Shown: in pieces, positions 1 through 10,931 of the stretch
How positions within the stretch are numbered: position 1 is the stretch's first letter
How the letters are laid out: each line of letters begins with the position of its first letter
Sequence record: SRR22947727_2846
Strand: one strand, 5' to 3'
Length of the DNA: 64,000 bases
Made by a program: the position numbers and the translations under genes
The notes under the pieces: generated by a model
Told to the model about the DNA's origin: nothing
Seen by the model: the letters and a program-made list of their open reading frames with translations, nothing else
Database searches by the model: none

Positions 1-784
1 CAGCCCCCACCCTGCCGCCTTCACTGAGGACGTCATCGATGCCATGGCAGAGACCCCTCAGGTCATGCCCCAATTGCACATGCCGCTGCAATCAGGATCA
101 GACCGGATTCTGAAATCCATGCGCCGGAGTTATCGCTCCGAGAAATACCTGGGGATTTTGGACCGTGTGCGAGAGAAAATTCCTCACGCCGCGATCACGA
201 CCGACATTATTGTGGGGTTCCCTGGTGAGACCGAGGAGGACTTTGAGGACACGTTGAACGTTGTTCGGGCCTCCCGCTTTATGCAAGCCTTCACGTTCCA
301 GTATTCGATTCGGCCAGGAACTCCCGCGGCTGACATGGACGACCAGATTCCCAAAGAGGTTGTGCAGGAGCGCTACGAGCGTCTCGTCGCGCTGCAAGAT
401 CAGATTTCGTGGGACGAGAACCAGAAACAGGTGGGCTCCCTGGTCAATGTTTTGGTGGCCACCCACGAGGGTCGTAAAAATGACGCGACGAAGCGCCTGT
501 CGGGTCGCTCGGAGGACGGCCGACTGGTGCACTTCTCAATTCCACCAGCCAGCGAGACATCTCGACCCGGAGATGTCGTCACGGTCAGGGTGACCGAGGC
601 TAAGCCTTTCTTTTTGCTCGCAGACGAGCACCCCGGTGGAACTTTGGCGCTGCGGCGAACCCGCGCCGGTGATGCCTGGGATCGCTGGCACGCCGAAAGC
701 TGCGGAGCTCCCAGCCCGGAAACCACCAAGGGTGCTGTGAGCCTGGGGATGCCGGCACTCAAGGTTCCAGGCCACTCAGCCTGA
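1..784 (+). CDS. miaB: tRNA-2-methylthio-N6-dimethylallyladenosine synthase MiaB (5'-truncated by window edge)
   Basis: [28 protein letters not shown] and [11 protein letters not shown] radical-SAM methylthiotransferase motifs; C-terminal TRAM domain; directly upstream of miaA. Confidence 0.95.
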   Translation, partial: SPHPAAFTEDVIDAMAETPQVMPQLHMPLQSGSDRILKSMRRSYRSEKYLGILDRVREKIPHAAITTDIIVGFPGETEEDFEDTLNVVRASRFMQAFTFQYSIRPGTPAADMDDQIPKEVVQERYERLVALQDQISWDENQKQVGSLVNVLVATHEGRKNDATKRLSGRSEDGRLVHFSIPPASETSRPGDVVTVRVTEAKPFFLLADEHPGGTLALRRTRAGDAWDRWHAESCGAPSPETTKGAVSLGMPALKVPGHSA

Positions 785-1746
785 TGACGGCGCACGCTCA
801 GGCGCAGCCTGCGCAGCTTCCTCCCGTTGTCGCCCTTGTTGGCGCTACCGGGACCGGGAAGAGCGACCTCGCCATCGCTGTTGCCAAGGGGTTGGCTGAG
901 AAGGGTGTGACGGCGGAAGTCATCAACGCTGATGCGATGCAGCTCTATCGCGGAATGGACGTTGGGACGGCGAAACTTCCGGAAGCTGAGCGTCAGGGAA
1001 TTCCCCACCACCTTCTCGATGTGTGGGAAGTCAGCAGAGAAGCCAGTGTCGCTGATTACCAATCACTCGCCCGAGCTGCGATACGAGAGGTCCAATCTCG
1101 GGGCTGCGTGCCGCTTCTTGTGGGCGGGTCCGGTCTCTATGTCTCCTCGGTGCTCTATGAATTCGAGTTTCCGGGAACCGACCCGGCGGTGCGGGCGCGG
1201 TTGGAGGTGCGGGCAGAGTCCGAGGGTGTCCCCGCTTTGCTGGAGGAACTTGCGGCAAAAGATCCACTGGCCGCTGCGGCCATAGATCCTCAGAACACGA
1301 GGCGAGTTATCAGGGCTCTCGAGGTTATTGAGATCACAGGAAAGCCTTTTGGTGCGGGGCTAGATGCTGAGCACCGCCCCTGGCAGGAGCGCACGCTCGT
1401 GTTCGGACTCCATCGAGAGCGAGACGAGCTCGTCACAGCACTGGATAAGCGCGTTCGCTCCATGTGGGATCGAGGTTTCGTGGATGAAGTTCGGTCCCTC
1501 ATCCCCCAGGGAATTGAGAGCGGTGTTACTGCCTCAAGAGCGATCGGATACGAGCAAATTCTTGAGTATCTCGCCGGGGAGTTGAGTGAAGAGGATGCTA
1601 TCGAGAGCACTCAGTCGTTGACCAGGCGATATGCCAGGCGCCAAGTGTCCTGGTTCCGGCGGGATCAGCGAACCCAGTGGCTGACCAGCGGAGACAGCGC
1701 TGCACCTGACCTGGTGGGAAATGCCATTCTGGGAGCGCTCAGCTGA
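784..1746 (+). CDS. miaA: tRNA dimethylallyltransferase
   Basis: GATGTGKS P-loop; NADAMQLYRGMDVGTAK, VGGSGLY and TRRYARRQVSWF motifs. Confidence 0.97.
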   Translation: MTAHAQAQPAQLPPVVALVGATGTGKSDLAIAVAKGLAEKGVTAEVINADAMQLYRGMDVGTAKLPEAERQGIPHHLLDVWEVSREASVADYQSLARAAIREVQSRGCVPLLVGGSGLYVSSVLYEFEFPGTDPAVRARLEVRAESEGVPALLEELAAKDPLAAAAIDPQNTRRVIRALEVIEITGKPFGAGLDAEHRPWQERTLVFGLHRERDELVTALDKRVRSMWDRGFVDEVRSLIPQGIESGVTASRAIGYEQILEYLAGELSEEDAIESTQSLTRRYARRQVSWFRRDQRTQWLTSGDSAAPDLVGNAILGALS

Positions 1747-1763
1747 CGCTCTAGGCTTGGAGC

Positions 1764-2654
1764 ATGTCTCAGGCGCCCCTCATTGTCACCAAAGGTCATG
1801 GCACCGGCAATGACTTCGTGCTCTTTCATGACCCTGGGAACGAGCGACAATTGCGCACTGAGCACTACCGATGGCTGGCGGATCGCCACGTCGGGGTCGG
1901 GGGCGATGGAGTTATCAGAGCTGCCTCAACCGCGTCCTCACCCGAAGTCGCTTCCTTGCTGGAGCAAGAGCCTGATGCTCACTGGTTCATGGACTATCGC
2001 AACAATGACGGTTCGCTCGCGGAAATGTGTGGCAACGGTATTCGAGTGTTCGCTGAATACCTTCTTCGCGAAGGTTTAGTCACGCTGGAGCCAGGTTCCA
2101 CTCTCCCCATAGCCACAAGAGCTGGGATCGTCGACGTCACCCGAAGTGCGTCAGGCCAGTACCAAGCCGATATGGGGCGTTGGGGCTTCACCGGGGTGGA
2201 CCCCCTCGTCATGGCCCAAGGAGTCGACGTTGCAAGGCCCTCAGTGGCGATCACTGTTCCCAACCCTCACGTCGTGGTCGCCCTCGCCTCTGACGAAGAG
2301 TTGAAAAACCTGGACCTGACATCCAGGCCTCGTTTAGACCCGGAGCCCGACGCTGGCGCCAACATCGAGTTTGTTGTGCCCGGTGATCCTTTGGTGGTGG
2401 ATGGAGTTGGAGTTATCTCCATGAGGGTTTTCGAGCGTGGCGTGGGGGAGACCCGGTCCTGCGGGACCGGGGCGATCGCCGCCGCACTGGCGACCAGGCA
2501 TTGGGCTGGCGAAGGTGCGCCGAACCAGTGGCGAGTGGGAGTTCCTGGGGGGTCACTTGCAGTGAGGATGTTCGCGACAGAAGAGGGTGAGCACGTGAGC
2601 CTTTCGGGTCCCGCAGAGCTGGTCTTTACGACGAGCGTCGTGATACCCGAATAA
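1764..2654 (+). CDS. dapF: diaminopimelate epimerase
   Basis: [20 protein letters not shown] and [14 protein letters not shown] motifs with both catalytic Cys. Confidence 0.97.
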   Translation: MSQAPLIVTKGHGTGNDFVLFHDPGNERQLRTEHYRWLADRHVGVGGDGVIRAASTASSPEVASLLEQEPDAHWFMDYRNNDGSLAEMCGNGIRVFAEYLLREGLVTLEPGSTLPIATRAGIVDVTRSASGQYQADMGRWGFTGVDPLVMAQGVDVARPSVAITVPNPHVVVALASDEELKNLDLTSRPRLDPEPDAGANIEFVVPGDPLVVDGVGVISMRVFERGVGETRSCGTGAIAAALATRHWAGEGAPNQWRVGVPGGSLAVRMFATEEGEHVSLSGPAELVFTTSVVIPE

Positions 2655-3240
2655 CTCGGAAACCTCGAGACGTTTCGAACCGAGACGCGTCAAAATCTCC
2701 CGCTCCGCCACCCGCGATCCATTCTTGGAGTGAATCGGCACCGAGCTTCTTGGCGACCACCAGCCATGCCTCACCCTCGGGTGTCAGCCGGGGGAGCCAC
2801 TGAGCCAGCAGTGAATGTAGCTCTTTCTTGCCCACCCGAATAGGAGGGTTCGACCAAATCACGTCGAAAAGGAGATCGCTCGGAACATCCTCGGGCGTGG
2901 CAAAACTGATCGAGCCGAGGTGAGCATTGGCTGCATTGTCTGTGGCGACCTGCAGGGCTCGCTCATTGACGTCCACTCCCCAGACGCTCGCGTCGGGGGA
3001 CTCGAGTGCGAGAGCAAGGGTAAGGGGACCCCAGCCGCAGCCAAGATCAAGAAAAGTCCCCGTCTCCGGGAGATGGGGGGCGTATTTGAGCAGTACGGCG
3101 GTCCCGGTATCCAGATGTCCGGGGCTAAAGGTGCCACTGGCGCTCTCCATCGTGACGGTGTGACCACGGAGAGTGAGGGTGAGGGGGGTTTTCCTCAGGG
3201 GAGCCTGGGGGTCCTCGGAAAAGTAGTGCTCTGTGCTCAC
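2626..3240 (-). CDS. class I SAM-dependent methyltransferase, RsmC/MTS-like
   Basis: N-terminal [17 protein letters not shown]-binding motif, SNPPIRVGK motif. Confidence 0.9.
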   Translation of the reverse strand: MSTEHYFSEDPQAPLRKTPLTLTLRGHTVTMESASGTFSPGHLDTGTAVLLKYAPHLPETGTFLDLGCGWGPLTLALALESPDASVWGVDVNERALQVATDNAANAHLGSISFATPEDVPSDLLFDVIWSNPPIRVGKKELHSLLAQWLPRLTPEGEAWLVVAKKLGADSLQEWIAGGGAGDFDASRFETSRGFRVIRVSRRSS

Positions 3241-3310
3241 CCCCTAACCGTAGCCTTTTGCATAGAAATGCTGGATAGGCTGAAGAAGTTCGCTTACTAG
3301 GAGGACTTTC

Positions 3311-3625
3311 ATGAGCTTTGGTACCGCAATTGCCGCAGGTTTTCGTCACTATTCAAACTTCACGGGACGCGCGTCTCGTAGCGAGTTTTGGTGGTTCCAG
3401 CTCTTCCTCGTCCTCGGGAGCATTGGAACCAGTGCGATCTGGGAAGGCCTGAACGCCCTGTGGTTTGTGGCGACAATCATTCCTTACCTCGCCATTGGTG
3501 TTCGCAGGCTTCGCGACGCAGGGTTTAACTGGGCCTTACTGCTTCTCGGCCTGGTTCCCGTGCTCGGAACCATCACCGTCATCGTTCTGTGGGTGCAGCC
3601 CTCAAAGGTCGACGCTAGCTCCTAG
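3311..3625 (+). CDS. DUF805 family membrane protein
   Basis: FTGRASRSEFWWF and VRRLRDAG signatures; GGAGGA RBS. Confidence 0.9.
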   Translation: MSFGTAIAAGFRHYSNFTGRASRSEFWWFQLFLVLGSIGTSAIWEGLNALWFVATIIPYLAIGVRRLRDAGFNWALLLLGLVPVLGTITVIVLWVQPSKVDASS

Positions 3626-3679
3626 AATTGGCGCCTAAGCCCGGGCCATCGCCTTTTGAGATTGGAAGAGTAGTCCGCC

Positions 3680-5056
3680 ATGGTTTTTGCCATCATTAAT
3701 CCCGTATCTGGCGACATGGAAGATGAGTTCCCTGAGCACACTGAGGGAGAAGTTCAGGATCTCCTTTCACAAGCTCAGGACGGATTTCTCGCCCTAAGGG
3801 CGTTGCCGTTCGGAGATCGGGCCAGCCTGATGAATCGAGCTGCCGGTTTGATGGAGAGCGACAGTGACTCGCTGTCACCCGCACTCGTCCGAGAAATGGG
3901 GAAGCCTCTCGCCCAAGCGCAAGCTGAGGTGGCCAAATGTGTCCGAAACATGCGCTTCTACGCCGACAATGCCGAACGGTTTCTTGCCGACGAACTGCTG
4001 GAGGAGCCAGGAACGGTCAACGCCAACTCAGCCTGGGCTCGATACGAGCCGCTCGGGATCGTCCTGGCCGTGATGCCGTGGAACTTTCCCCTGTGGCAAG
4101 TCATGCGCTTCGCTGCTCCAGCCCTGATGGCGGGCAACGCAGGGCTCCTCAAACACGCGTCCAACGTTCCCCTCTCCGCGGAGTATCTCGGCTCACTTTT
4201 TGAGCGTGCTGGTTTCCCCCGGGGCAGCTTTGTGAATCTCAAGATTCCAGCCTCGCGAGTTGCTGGTGTCATCGATGACCCTCGCGTGCGAGCTGTCACC
4301 TTGACGGGATCAGAGCCGGCGGGGCGAGCTGTTGCTGAGCGGGCTGGTCGACAGATCAAGAAGGTTGTGCTGGAGCTCGGCGGATCCGATGCTTTCATCG
4401 TCATGCCCAGTGCTGACCTGGCTCAATCCGCGGTGACAGGCGTCAAGGCCCGGATGATCAATAATGGTCAATCCTGTATTGCTGCCAAACGCTTCATCGT
4501 TCACGAAGACATTTACGACGAGTGGCTCGGGTTGTTCGTCGAAGAGATGGACAAGTTAGTGGTTGGTGATCCGATGGAGGCGGGTGTTGATGTCGGGCCG
4601 CTGGCCACCCAGGGGGGCCAGCGCGAGATTTCGGAAATCGTCGAGGATGCCAAACAGAAAGGCGCTCGCGTCTTGACCGGTGGTGAGATGCCCGAGGGCC
4701 CAGGTTTCTACTATCCACCCACTGTGATTGATGGCATAACGCCAGACATGAGAATCATGATGGAGGAGACGTTTGGGCCAGTCGCAAGTGTTTATAGAGT
4801 CGGCAGTGTCCAAGAAGCCCTCGATATCGCCAATCAGACGACATTTGGGCTTAGTTCTGCGTTGTGGAGCACAGATTCCACCGAGCAGGAGCACTTCACA
4901 CGCGAGCTTCAGGCTGGGGCAGTATTCATCAACGGTATGACGATCTCGTTTCCTGAGCTGCCGTTTGGAGGAATCAAGGACTCAGGACATGGCCGAGAGC
5001 TCGGGATGCATGGCATTCGCGAATTCACCAACATCAAGACAGTTTGGAAGGGGTGA
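3680..5056 (+). CDS. gabD: NAD(P)-dependent succinate-semialdehyde dehydrogenase family aldehyde dehydrogenase
   Basis: MPWNFPLWQ, LKHASNVP, ELGGSD, NGQSC (catalytic Cys), EETFGPV and PFGGIKDSG motifs. Confidence 0.85.
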   Translation: MVFAIINPVSGDMEDEFPEHTEGEVQDLLSQAQDGFLALRALPFGDRASLMNRAAGLMESDSDSLSPALVREMGKPLAQAQAEVAKCVRNMRFYADNAERFLADELLEEPGTVNANSAWARYEPLGIVLAVMPWNFPLWQVMRFAAPALMAGNAGLLKHASNVPLSAEYLGSLFERAGFPRGSFVNLKIPASRVAGVIDDPRVRAVTLTGSEPAGRAVAERAGRQIKKVVLELGGSDAFIVMPSADLAQSAVTGVKARMINNGQSCIAAKRFIVHEDIYDEWLGLFVEEMDKLVVGDPMEAGVDVGPLATQGGQREISEIVEDAKQKGARVLTGGEMPEGPGFYYPPTVIDGITPDMRIMMEETFGPVASVYRVGSVQEALDIANQTTFGLSSALWSTDSTEQEHFTRELQAGAVFINGMTISFPELPFGGIKDSGHGRELGMHGIREFTNIKTVWKG

Positions 5057-5098
5057 ACTCTTCCTCGACCGTTGCCGTTGTCGACGGTGGGGCTGCAA

Positions 5099-6769
5099 AT
5101 GACAGGTTCGGAAATCTTTCCCCGGAGTCGGTCTGAACTCCTCGGTAATCTTCACGCCAATCCAGCCTGCCGGGTCCTCATCATCGGGGGAGGTATCAAC
5201 GGGATTGCGACGTTCCGCGATCTCGCCCTTCAAGGCGTTGACGTCACTTTGGTGGAGCGCTCAGACTTTTGCTCGGGAGCCACAGCTGCGTCCTCCCACA
5301 TGATTCACGGCGGCGTTCGCTACCTGGAGAACGGTGAACTTCGCCTCGTCAAAGAGTCCCTGATGGAACGCAACCGTCTCCTCGCTTCGGCTCCCCACTA
5401 TGTGAGACCACTGAAGACGACTATTCCTATTTTTTCGCTAGTTTCGGGATTGCTGGCTGCGCCCATTCGTTTATTCACGCATGCCCAAGGCAAGCCCAAA
5501 GAGCGCGGAGCGCTCCTAATCAAGGTCGGCTTGATGATGTACGACCTCTTTGGGCGGAACCAAGGCAAGATGCCTCGTCACAGCTTCCTGGGTCGCCAGA
5601 AGTCTCTCGCTCAAATGCCCCACATGAACCCCGACATCAAGTTCACGGCCACCTACTATGACGCAGCGATGGACAACCCTGAGAGGCTTGCGCTTGACGT
5701 ATTGCGTGACGGCGTGGAGTCAGGCACTCACGCCAGAGCGTTCAATTATCTCTCCGCCGTGGGCTTCGATTCTGGGGGAGTGGTCCTTCGGGATGAGCTC
5801 ACTGGAGACACTCTCACAGTCGCAGCGGACGTGGTCGTCAACACCTCAGGGCCCTGGACCGACCTCACGAACGAAGCGTTGGGGCAGAAAACCTCCTACA
5901 TGGGTGGGACCAAAGGCTCACATATCGTGTTGGACAATCCCATGCTGTTTGAAGCCTGTGATGAGCGGGAGATTTTCTTCGAAAACAGTGATGGACGCAT
6001 CGTGTTGATGTATCCGATCATGAACCGAGTGTTGGTGGGGACTACAGATATCCCCGTGGACATGCGGGATGAGATTGTCTGCACTGATGAAGAGGTGGAC
6101 TACTTCTTTGACCTTGTCTCCCGCGTCTTTCCCCACATCGAGATCAATCACTCCCATATTGTGTACCGCTACTCCGGTGTTCGCCCACTCCCTGCAACGG
6201 GAGATGTCAACCCCGGTGTGGTCTCAAGGGATTACAGAATCGTCGAGGGTGCGCTCGGTTCCACCCCTCTTCTTTCGCTGGTTGGCGGTAAATGGACGAC
6301 CTTTAGAGCTCTGGGTGAGCATCTTGCAGACGAAGTCCTCGAGCGTTTGGGTCAATCGCGCACACTGTCCACCGTTGATCTCCCTATCGGTGGCGGAAAA
6401 GATTTCCCGATGAGCCCGACTGAGTGCGCGCGATGGGTGGACGCCCATTCCGCGGCCCTCCCTCGAGAGCGTGTTGAGCAACTCTTAGGTCGCTATGGGA
6501 CATACGCGGACAGAATCATTTCTCACCTGGAGTCCTTTGGTGATGCGGCCTTGGCACATCACCCGGAGTATTCGAAGAGCGAAATCGAGTACCTCGTCAG
6601 GCATGAATGGGTTCATACTTTGGGTGATCTGCTCACAAGGAGGACAAGCCTGCTATTTCGGGGCGAAGCCTCGACTGAGCTGGTAAGAGAGATAGCTGGA
6701 ATCCAATCTGACGTGCTGGGATGGTCGAACGATCGCGTGCTTTCCGAGTTGCTCACGGTCAAGTCCTAG
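5099..6769 (+). CDS. glpD: FAD-dependent glycerol-3-phosphate dehydrogenase/oxidase family protein
   Basis: IIGGGING FAD motif; SSHMIHGGVRYLE, GVRPL and GGKWTTFR motifs; start uncertain (5072 TTG or 5099 ATG). Confidence 0.85.
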   Translation: MTGSEIFPRSRSELLGNLHANPACRVLIIGGGINGIATFRDLALQGVDVTLVERSDFCSGATAASSHMIHGGVRYLENGELRLVKESLMERNRLLASAPHYVRPLKTTIPIFSLVSGLLAAPIRLFTHAQGKPKERGALLIKVGLMMYDLFGRNQGKMPRHSFLGRQKSLAQMPHMNPDIKFTATYYDAAMDNPERLALDVLRDGVESGTHARAFNYLSAVGFDSGGVVLRDELTGDTLTVAADVVVNTSGPWTDLTNEALGQKTSYMGGTKGSHIVLDNPMLFEACDEREIFFENSDGRIVLMYPIMNRVLVGTTDIPVDMRDEIVCTDEEVDYFFDLVSRVFPHIEINHSHIVYRYSGVRPLPATGDVNPGVVSRDYRIVEGALGSTPLLSLVGGKWTTFRALGEHLADEVLERLGQSRTLSTVDLPIGGGKDFPMSPTECARWVDAHSAALPRERVEQLLGRYGTYADRIISHLESFGDAALAHHPEYSKSEIEYLVRHEWVHTLGDLLTRRTSLLFRGEASTELVREIAGIQSDVLGWSNDRVLSELLTVKS

Positions 6770-6869
6770 CTCGTTGACCATGGATATCTGGGTGCATTCC
6801 CGGCGGTTCTTCTTGTGTAGTGTTTCTGTGTTGGAGGTACGTTACGAAGAATGTCGAGGGTGACTCATA

Positions 6870-7916
6870 GTGACTAGCTCAGGGAGCCACGAGCCGGGAT
6901 ACGTCTCACTCCGTTCTGTCTCAAAGGCGTTTGGCGACGTCTACGCTGTCAACGACCTTGATCTCGACATCCAGTCAGGGGAGTTCTTCTCCATGCTGGG
7001 TCCCTCAGGTTCTGGCAAGACAACTGTCTTGCGCATGATCGCGGGCTTCGAGACAGTGACATCCGGGACGGTGCACATCGACGGTGAGAACATCACCGAT
7101 TTAGCTCCGTTTGATCGAACCGTTAACACGGTCTTTCAGGACTATGCGCTGTTTCCTCACATGACCATTCAGGACAATGTGGAATACGGTCTGCGCACGA
7201 GAAAAGTGCCGAAAGATGAGAGAGCTAGGCAGGCTTCGGAGGCCATCGACCGTGTGAAGCTCTCGCTCGTCGCGGATCGGCTCCCGCACCAGCTCTCCGG
7301 TGGCCAGCGCCAACGAATTGCTTTGGCTCGAGCGCTCGTTCTGCGTCCCAAGGTTCTGCTGCTCGATGAGCCCTTGGGTGCTTTGGACAAGCAACTTCGT
7401 GAAGAAATGCAGGTCGAGCTGAAGACAATCCAGCGCGAAGCCGGAATCACCTTTGTTTTTGTTACCCACGATCAGGAGGAAGCGATGCGCATGAGTGACC
7501 GCATCGCGGTCTTCAACGCAGGACGCATTGAGCAACTCGGAACACCCCACGAGGTCTATGAGAACCCAGCCACCGCCTTTGTTGCAGGCTTCTTGGGAAT
7601 CTCCAACCTCTTGGAAGGGGAGAAGGCGATGACGCTTGTGGGGCGCTCAGAGCTGGTCAATATCCGACCAGAGCGTATTCGTCTGCACGGAGCCGGGCAT
7701 AAGCCCGAGAAGGACTTCTCGAGCGTCGAGGGGGTTGTCATTGAGGTTGCCTACACAGGCGCCAACACCATCACGATTATCGAAAATTCCGCTGGAGTGA
7801 GGCTCATCTCCACCCAGCTCAATGAAGAGTTACCGGATCACAAAGATTCCTTTGTGGTCGGCGACAAAGTTGTCGCGACATGGCGCAGTGCGCATGTTGC
7901 GACAATTCCCCACTAG
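6870..7916 (+). CDS. ABC transporter ATP-binding protein, PotA-like (polyamine type)
   Basis: GPSGSGKT, VFQDYALFPH, LSGGQRQR, LLLDEPLGALD and THDQEEA motifs; C-terminal TOBE-like region. Confidence 0.92.
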   Translation: MTSSGSHEPGYVSLRSVSKAFGDVYAVNDLDLDIQSGEFFSMLGPSGSGKTTVLRMIAGFETVTSGTVHIDGENITDLAPFDRTVNTVFQDYALFPHMTIQDNVEYGLRTRKVPKDERARQASEAIDRVKLSLVADRLPHQLSGGQRQRIALARALVLRPKVLLLDEPLGALDKQLREEMQVELKTIQREAGITFVFVTHDQEEAMRMSDRIAVFNAGRIEQLGTPHEVYENPATAFVAGFLGISNLLEGEKAMTLVGRSELVNIRPERIRLHGAGHKPEKDFSSVEGVVIEVAYTGANTITIIENSAGVRLISTQLNEELPDHKDSFVVGDKVVATWRSAHVATIPH

Positions 7917-7946
7917 AACTGGCGAGAGCCAGGTGAAAGGAAACTG

Positions 7947-9107
7947 ATGAGAGGCAAGAAACTAGCGGCTCTGTCGCTATTTGCGGCATCAACCGTTGTC
8001 TTGAGCGCATGCTCCGGCACCGGTGAGCTCACTCTCGATGTGCCCGACGTTCCGATGGTTGAGGAACTGGGTGCCTTCGAAGGTGAACTCAACATTGTTA
8101 ACTGGTCAGGCTTCGTAGAGCCTGCCTGGACCGATCAGTTCACCGCTGACACTGGTTGCGTAGTGAACCCACGCGTGGCGGGCACCTCCGATGAGATGGT
8201 GACCCTCATGCGTACTGGTGAGTACGACATCGTGTCCGCATCGGGTGACGCCGCTCTCCGCCTCATCGTGGGTGGAGACGTGCAGCCTTTGAACATTGAC
8301 CTGATTCCTAACTTCAGCGATGACATTGCTGAGGGTATGAAGGGTCAGATTTATGACACGGTCAATGGTCAGCCCTACGGTGTTCCGATCGGCCGTGGCG
8401 CCAACCTGCTCCAGTACAACGAGGACGTCACTGGTGGCGCCCCCGAGAGCTGGGATGTTGTGTGGGAGTCTGACAGCCCCTACGCCGGCAAGATCACCGC
8501 GTATGACGCACCGATCTACATTGCTGACGCTGCTGTCTACTTGATGTACCACAACCCAGAGCTGGGTATTGAGAACCCCTACGCATTGGATGAGGCCCAG
8601 CTTGCCGCTGCGGTGGACCTGCTCAAGCAGCAGAACTCCATCATCGGTGAGTACTGGTCTGACCCAGTAGCGCAGATCACCTCCTTTGTCGGTGGCAACA
8701 CCGTCGTGGGTACCTCATGGGAAGTTCTTCGTAAGTTCGCCGCAAGCGACAACCTGAAGACCACTCTCCCTGTGGAGGGCTCCACTGGTTGGTACGACGC
8801 TTGGTTGGTCAGCTCCACAACAGGCAACGTCAACTGTGCTTACGCATGGATGGACTACACCAGCCGCGCCGATGTGAATGGTGCTATCGCCATGAACTTC
8901 GGTATGGCTCCGGCGAACGTCGCTTTCTGCGCAACCAGCGCTGAAGCACAGGCTCACTGTGATGAGTTCGCGGCCGAGGACGAGGAGTTCTTCTCCAAGA
9001 TCTGGCCCTGGACCACCCCCATTGAGCAGTGCATCGATGGACGCACCGACGTCAAGTGCACCAGTTTCCAAGACTGGACCAACGCTTGGCTCACGGTTAA
9101 GGGATAA
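7947..9107 (+). CDS. ABC transporter substrate-binding lipoprotein, PotD/YdcS-like
   Basis: signal peptide with LSAC lipobox; YDIVSASGDA and PVEGSTGWYD family motifs; AAGGAA RBS. Confidence 0.9.
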   Translation: MRGKKLAALSLFAASTVVLSACSGTGELTLDVPDVPMVEELGAFEGELNIVNWSGFVEPAWTDQFTADTGCVVNPRVAGTSDEMVTLMRTGEYDIVSASGDAALRLIVGGDVQPLNIDLIPNFSDDIAEGMKGQIYDTVNGQPYGVPIGRGANLLQYNEDVTGGAPESWDVVWESDSPYAGKITAYDAPIYIADAAVYLMYHNPELGIENPYALDEAQLAAAVDLLKQQNSIIGEYWSDPVAQITSFVGGNTVVGTSWEVLRKFAASDNLKTTLPVEGSTGWYDAWLVSSTTGNVNCAYAWMDYTSRADVNGAIAMNFGMAPANVAFCATSAEAQAHCDEFAAEDEEFFSKIWPWTTPIEQCIDGRTDVKCTSFQDWTNAWLTVKG

Positions 9108-9114
9108 AACCCCA

Positions 9115-9145
9115 GGTGGGGTGGGGCCCTAGGCCCCACCCCATC
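9115..9145 (+). other. GC-rich intercistronic stem-loop after the substrate-binding protein gene
   Basis: GGTGGGGTGGGGCC-CTA-GGCCCCACCCCATC forms a 14-bp stem with one G-U pair; no U-tract. Confidence 0.75.
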
Positions 9146-9169
9146 ACCCCCTCAGGAAGGCGATCGGAC

Positions 9170-10069
9170 ATGAGTACACAGGTGAAGGACTCTGTGTCGA
9201 GCTCCCAGGAGCACTCACGCCCGCTGTCGACCTACCTCTTTCAGCGCTCGAGGATTCGCCTCATTGGGCTTCTCGCACTGCCGATGACGTGGCTTGTGGG
9301 CGTCTATATCGTCTCCCTGTTCCTGCTTCTCATCACGGCGTTTTGGGTCGTCAACCCCTTCACGTCTCGAGTGAGTCCCGGATTCACTCTCGATAACTTC
9401 ATCAGCATCATTGCTGTCCCCGCATACCTCTCCACCTCGCTCCGAACCCTCGGAATGGCTCTTGCCGTCACGGGAATCTCCGTGGTGTTCGCGGTTCCCT
9501 TGGGTATCTACATGGCCAAGCTTGCGTCCCCGTTCATGAGGAACCTTCTCGCCGTGGCCATCACGTTGCCGTTGTGGGCGGGCTACCTGGTGAAGATCCT
9601 CGCCATGAGGCTTGTATTCACCGAAAACGGCTTCATCAACTGGGCTTTTGGGCCACTAGGAATTCAAAGCCCCGGTTTCAATATGTGGGTGGCCATCATC
9701 ACCCTGACCTACCTGTGGTTCCCGTATATGGCGCTTCCTGTGTTCACCGCAATCCGGCAGATTCCTAACAGCCTCTTTGATGCATCAGCGGATATGGGAG
9801 CAAAGTCGTTCACCACAATATTTCGTGTGGTGTTGCCTCTCATCGTGCCGGCCATTATTGCGGGCTCGGTTTTCACGTTCTCGTTGAGTCTCGGCGATTA
9901 CCTCGCCGCTCGCTTCACCGGGGGAGCGACCCAAATGATTGGGAGCATCATCGCCTCCAACATCAACTTGAACCCGCCGGTTGCGGCAGCGTTCTCCATG
10001 GTTCCCATTGCCTTTGTCGTGATGTATCTCATGGTGGCCAGACGCACCGGGTCGCTGGAGAGGATGTAA
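9170..10069 (+). CDS. ABC transporter permease, PotB-like
   Basis: multiple TM segments; EAA-like loop DASADMGA; FSLSLGDY. Confidence 0.9.
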   Translation: MSTQVKDSVSSSQEHSRPLSTYLFQRSRIRLIGLLALPMTWLVGVYIVSLFLLLITAFWVVNPFTSRVSPGFTLDNFISIIAVPAYLSTSLRTLGMALAVTGISVVFAVPLGIYMAKLASPFMRNLLAVAITLPLWAGYLVKILAMRLVFTENGFINWAFGPLGIQSPGFNMWVAIITLTYLWFPYMALPVFTAIRQIPNSLFDASADMGAKSFTTIFRVVLPLIVPAIIAGSVFTFSLSLGDYLAARFTGGATQMIGSIIASNINLNPPVAAAFSMVPIAFVVMYLMVARRTGSLERM

Positions 10070-10073
10070 ACGC

Positions 10074-10883
10074 ATGCTCCAGATGTCACGAACCGCGAAG
10101 GTGGGCCTGCTCGCCATCGTTGGGTTCATCTTGGCCTTTATGTACATCCCGCTTTTTGTGGTGATCCTCAACAGCTTCAATGAGGCCCAGTTGTCCTCCT
10201 GGCCGATTGAGAACTTTTCCTTCTACTGGTGGGAATTCGCCGCTTCCTATGAGCCCATCCGGTTGGCCCTTCTCAACTCGGTGATTGTGGCGACCGCCGC
10301 CATGGTGATTGCCTCACTCCTGGGGACCTTAGTTGCCTTTGCTCTCAACCGTTACGAGTTCTTTGGTAAGAGCACCGTTAACCTGCTGGTTGTGCTCCCC
10401 ATTGCCCTGCCGGGGGTTGTGACGGGTGTTGCTTTTTCCAACACCTACTCCAACTTCCTGTCTCCCCTGGGAATCGATATTGGCTATTTCGGACTGATCG
10501 TCTCGCATGCAACCTTCTGCATTGTCATGGTGTTCAATAACGTCTTCGCGCGCTTGAAGAGGATGAACCCCAGCTTGCAGGAAGCATCCATGGATCTCGG
10601 GGCTGGACTATGGGAGACGTTCCGGCTGGTCACGTTCCCCCAATTTCGGTCTTCCTTCATCGCAGGAGCGCTTCTCGCTTTCGCTCTGAGTTTCGATGAG
10701 GTGTACGTCACCATCTTCACCGCGCCTCCCGGTGTTGACACCCTTCCCCTGTGGATTCTCAAGGAAATGGCCAGGCCCAATCAGGCCAGCGTGGTCAATG
10801 TGGTGGCAACGGTCGTTATCTTGTTGTCTCTCATCCCGGTCTATATCTCGCAGCGCCTCGCGCGCGACGATGACCAGAGGTAG
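10074..10883 (+). CDS. ABC transporter permease, PotC-like
   Basis: multiple TM segments; EASMDLGA EAA loop; LLAFALSFDE. Confidence 0.9.
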   Translation: MLQMSRTAKVGLLAIVGFILAFMYIPLFVVILNSFNEAQLSSWPIENFSFYWWEFAASYEPIRLALLNSVIVATAAMVIASLLGTLVAFALNRYEFFGKSTVNLLVVLPIALPGVVTGVAFSNTYSNFLSPLGIDIGYFGLIVSHATFCIVMVFNNVFARLKRMNPSLQEASMDLGAGLWETFRLVTFPQFRSSFIAGALLAFALSFDEVYVTIFTAPPGVDTLPLWILKEMARPNQASVVNVVATVVILLSLIPVYISQRLARDDDQR

Positions 10884-10931
10884 GGAATATTTGGGGTAGG
10901 TCAACCGTTATGCCCTTCCAAGGAGGTCACC

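Noticed and set aside
6822-6845. Possible GlnR box upstream of the ABC operon (GTTTC...GTTAC)
   Set aside because: Half-site spacing is 14 nt, out of phase with the n6/11-bp period.
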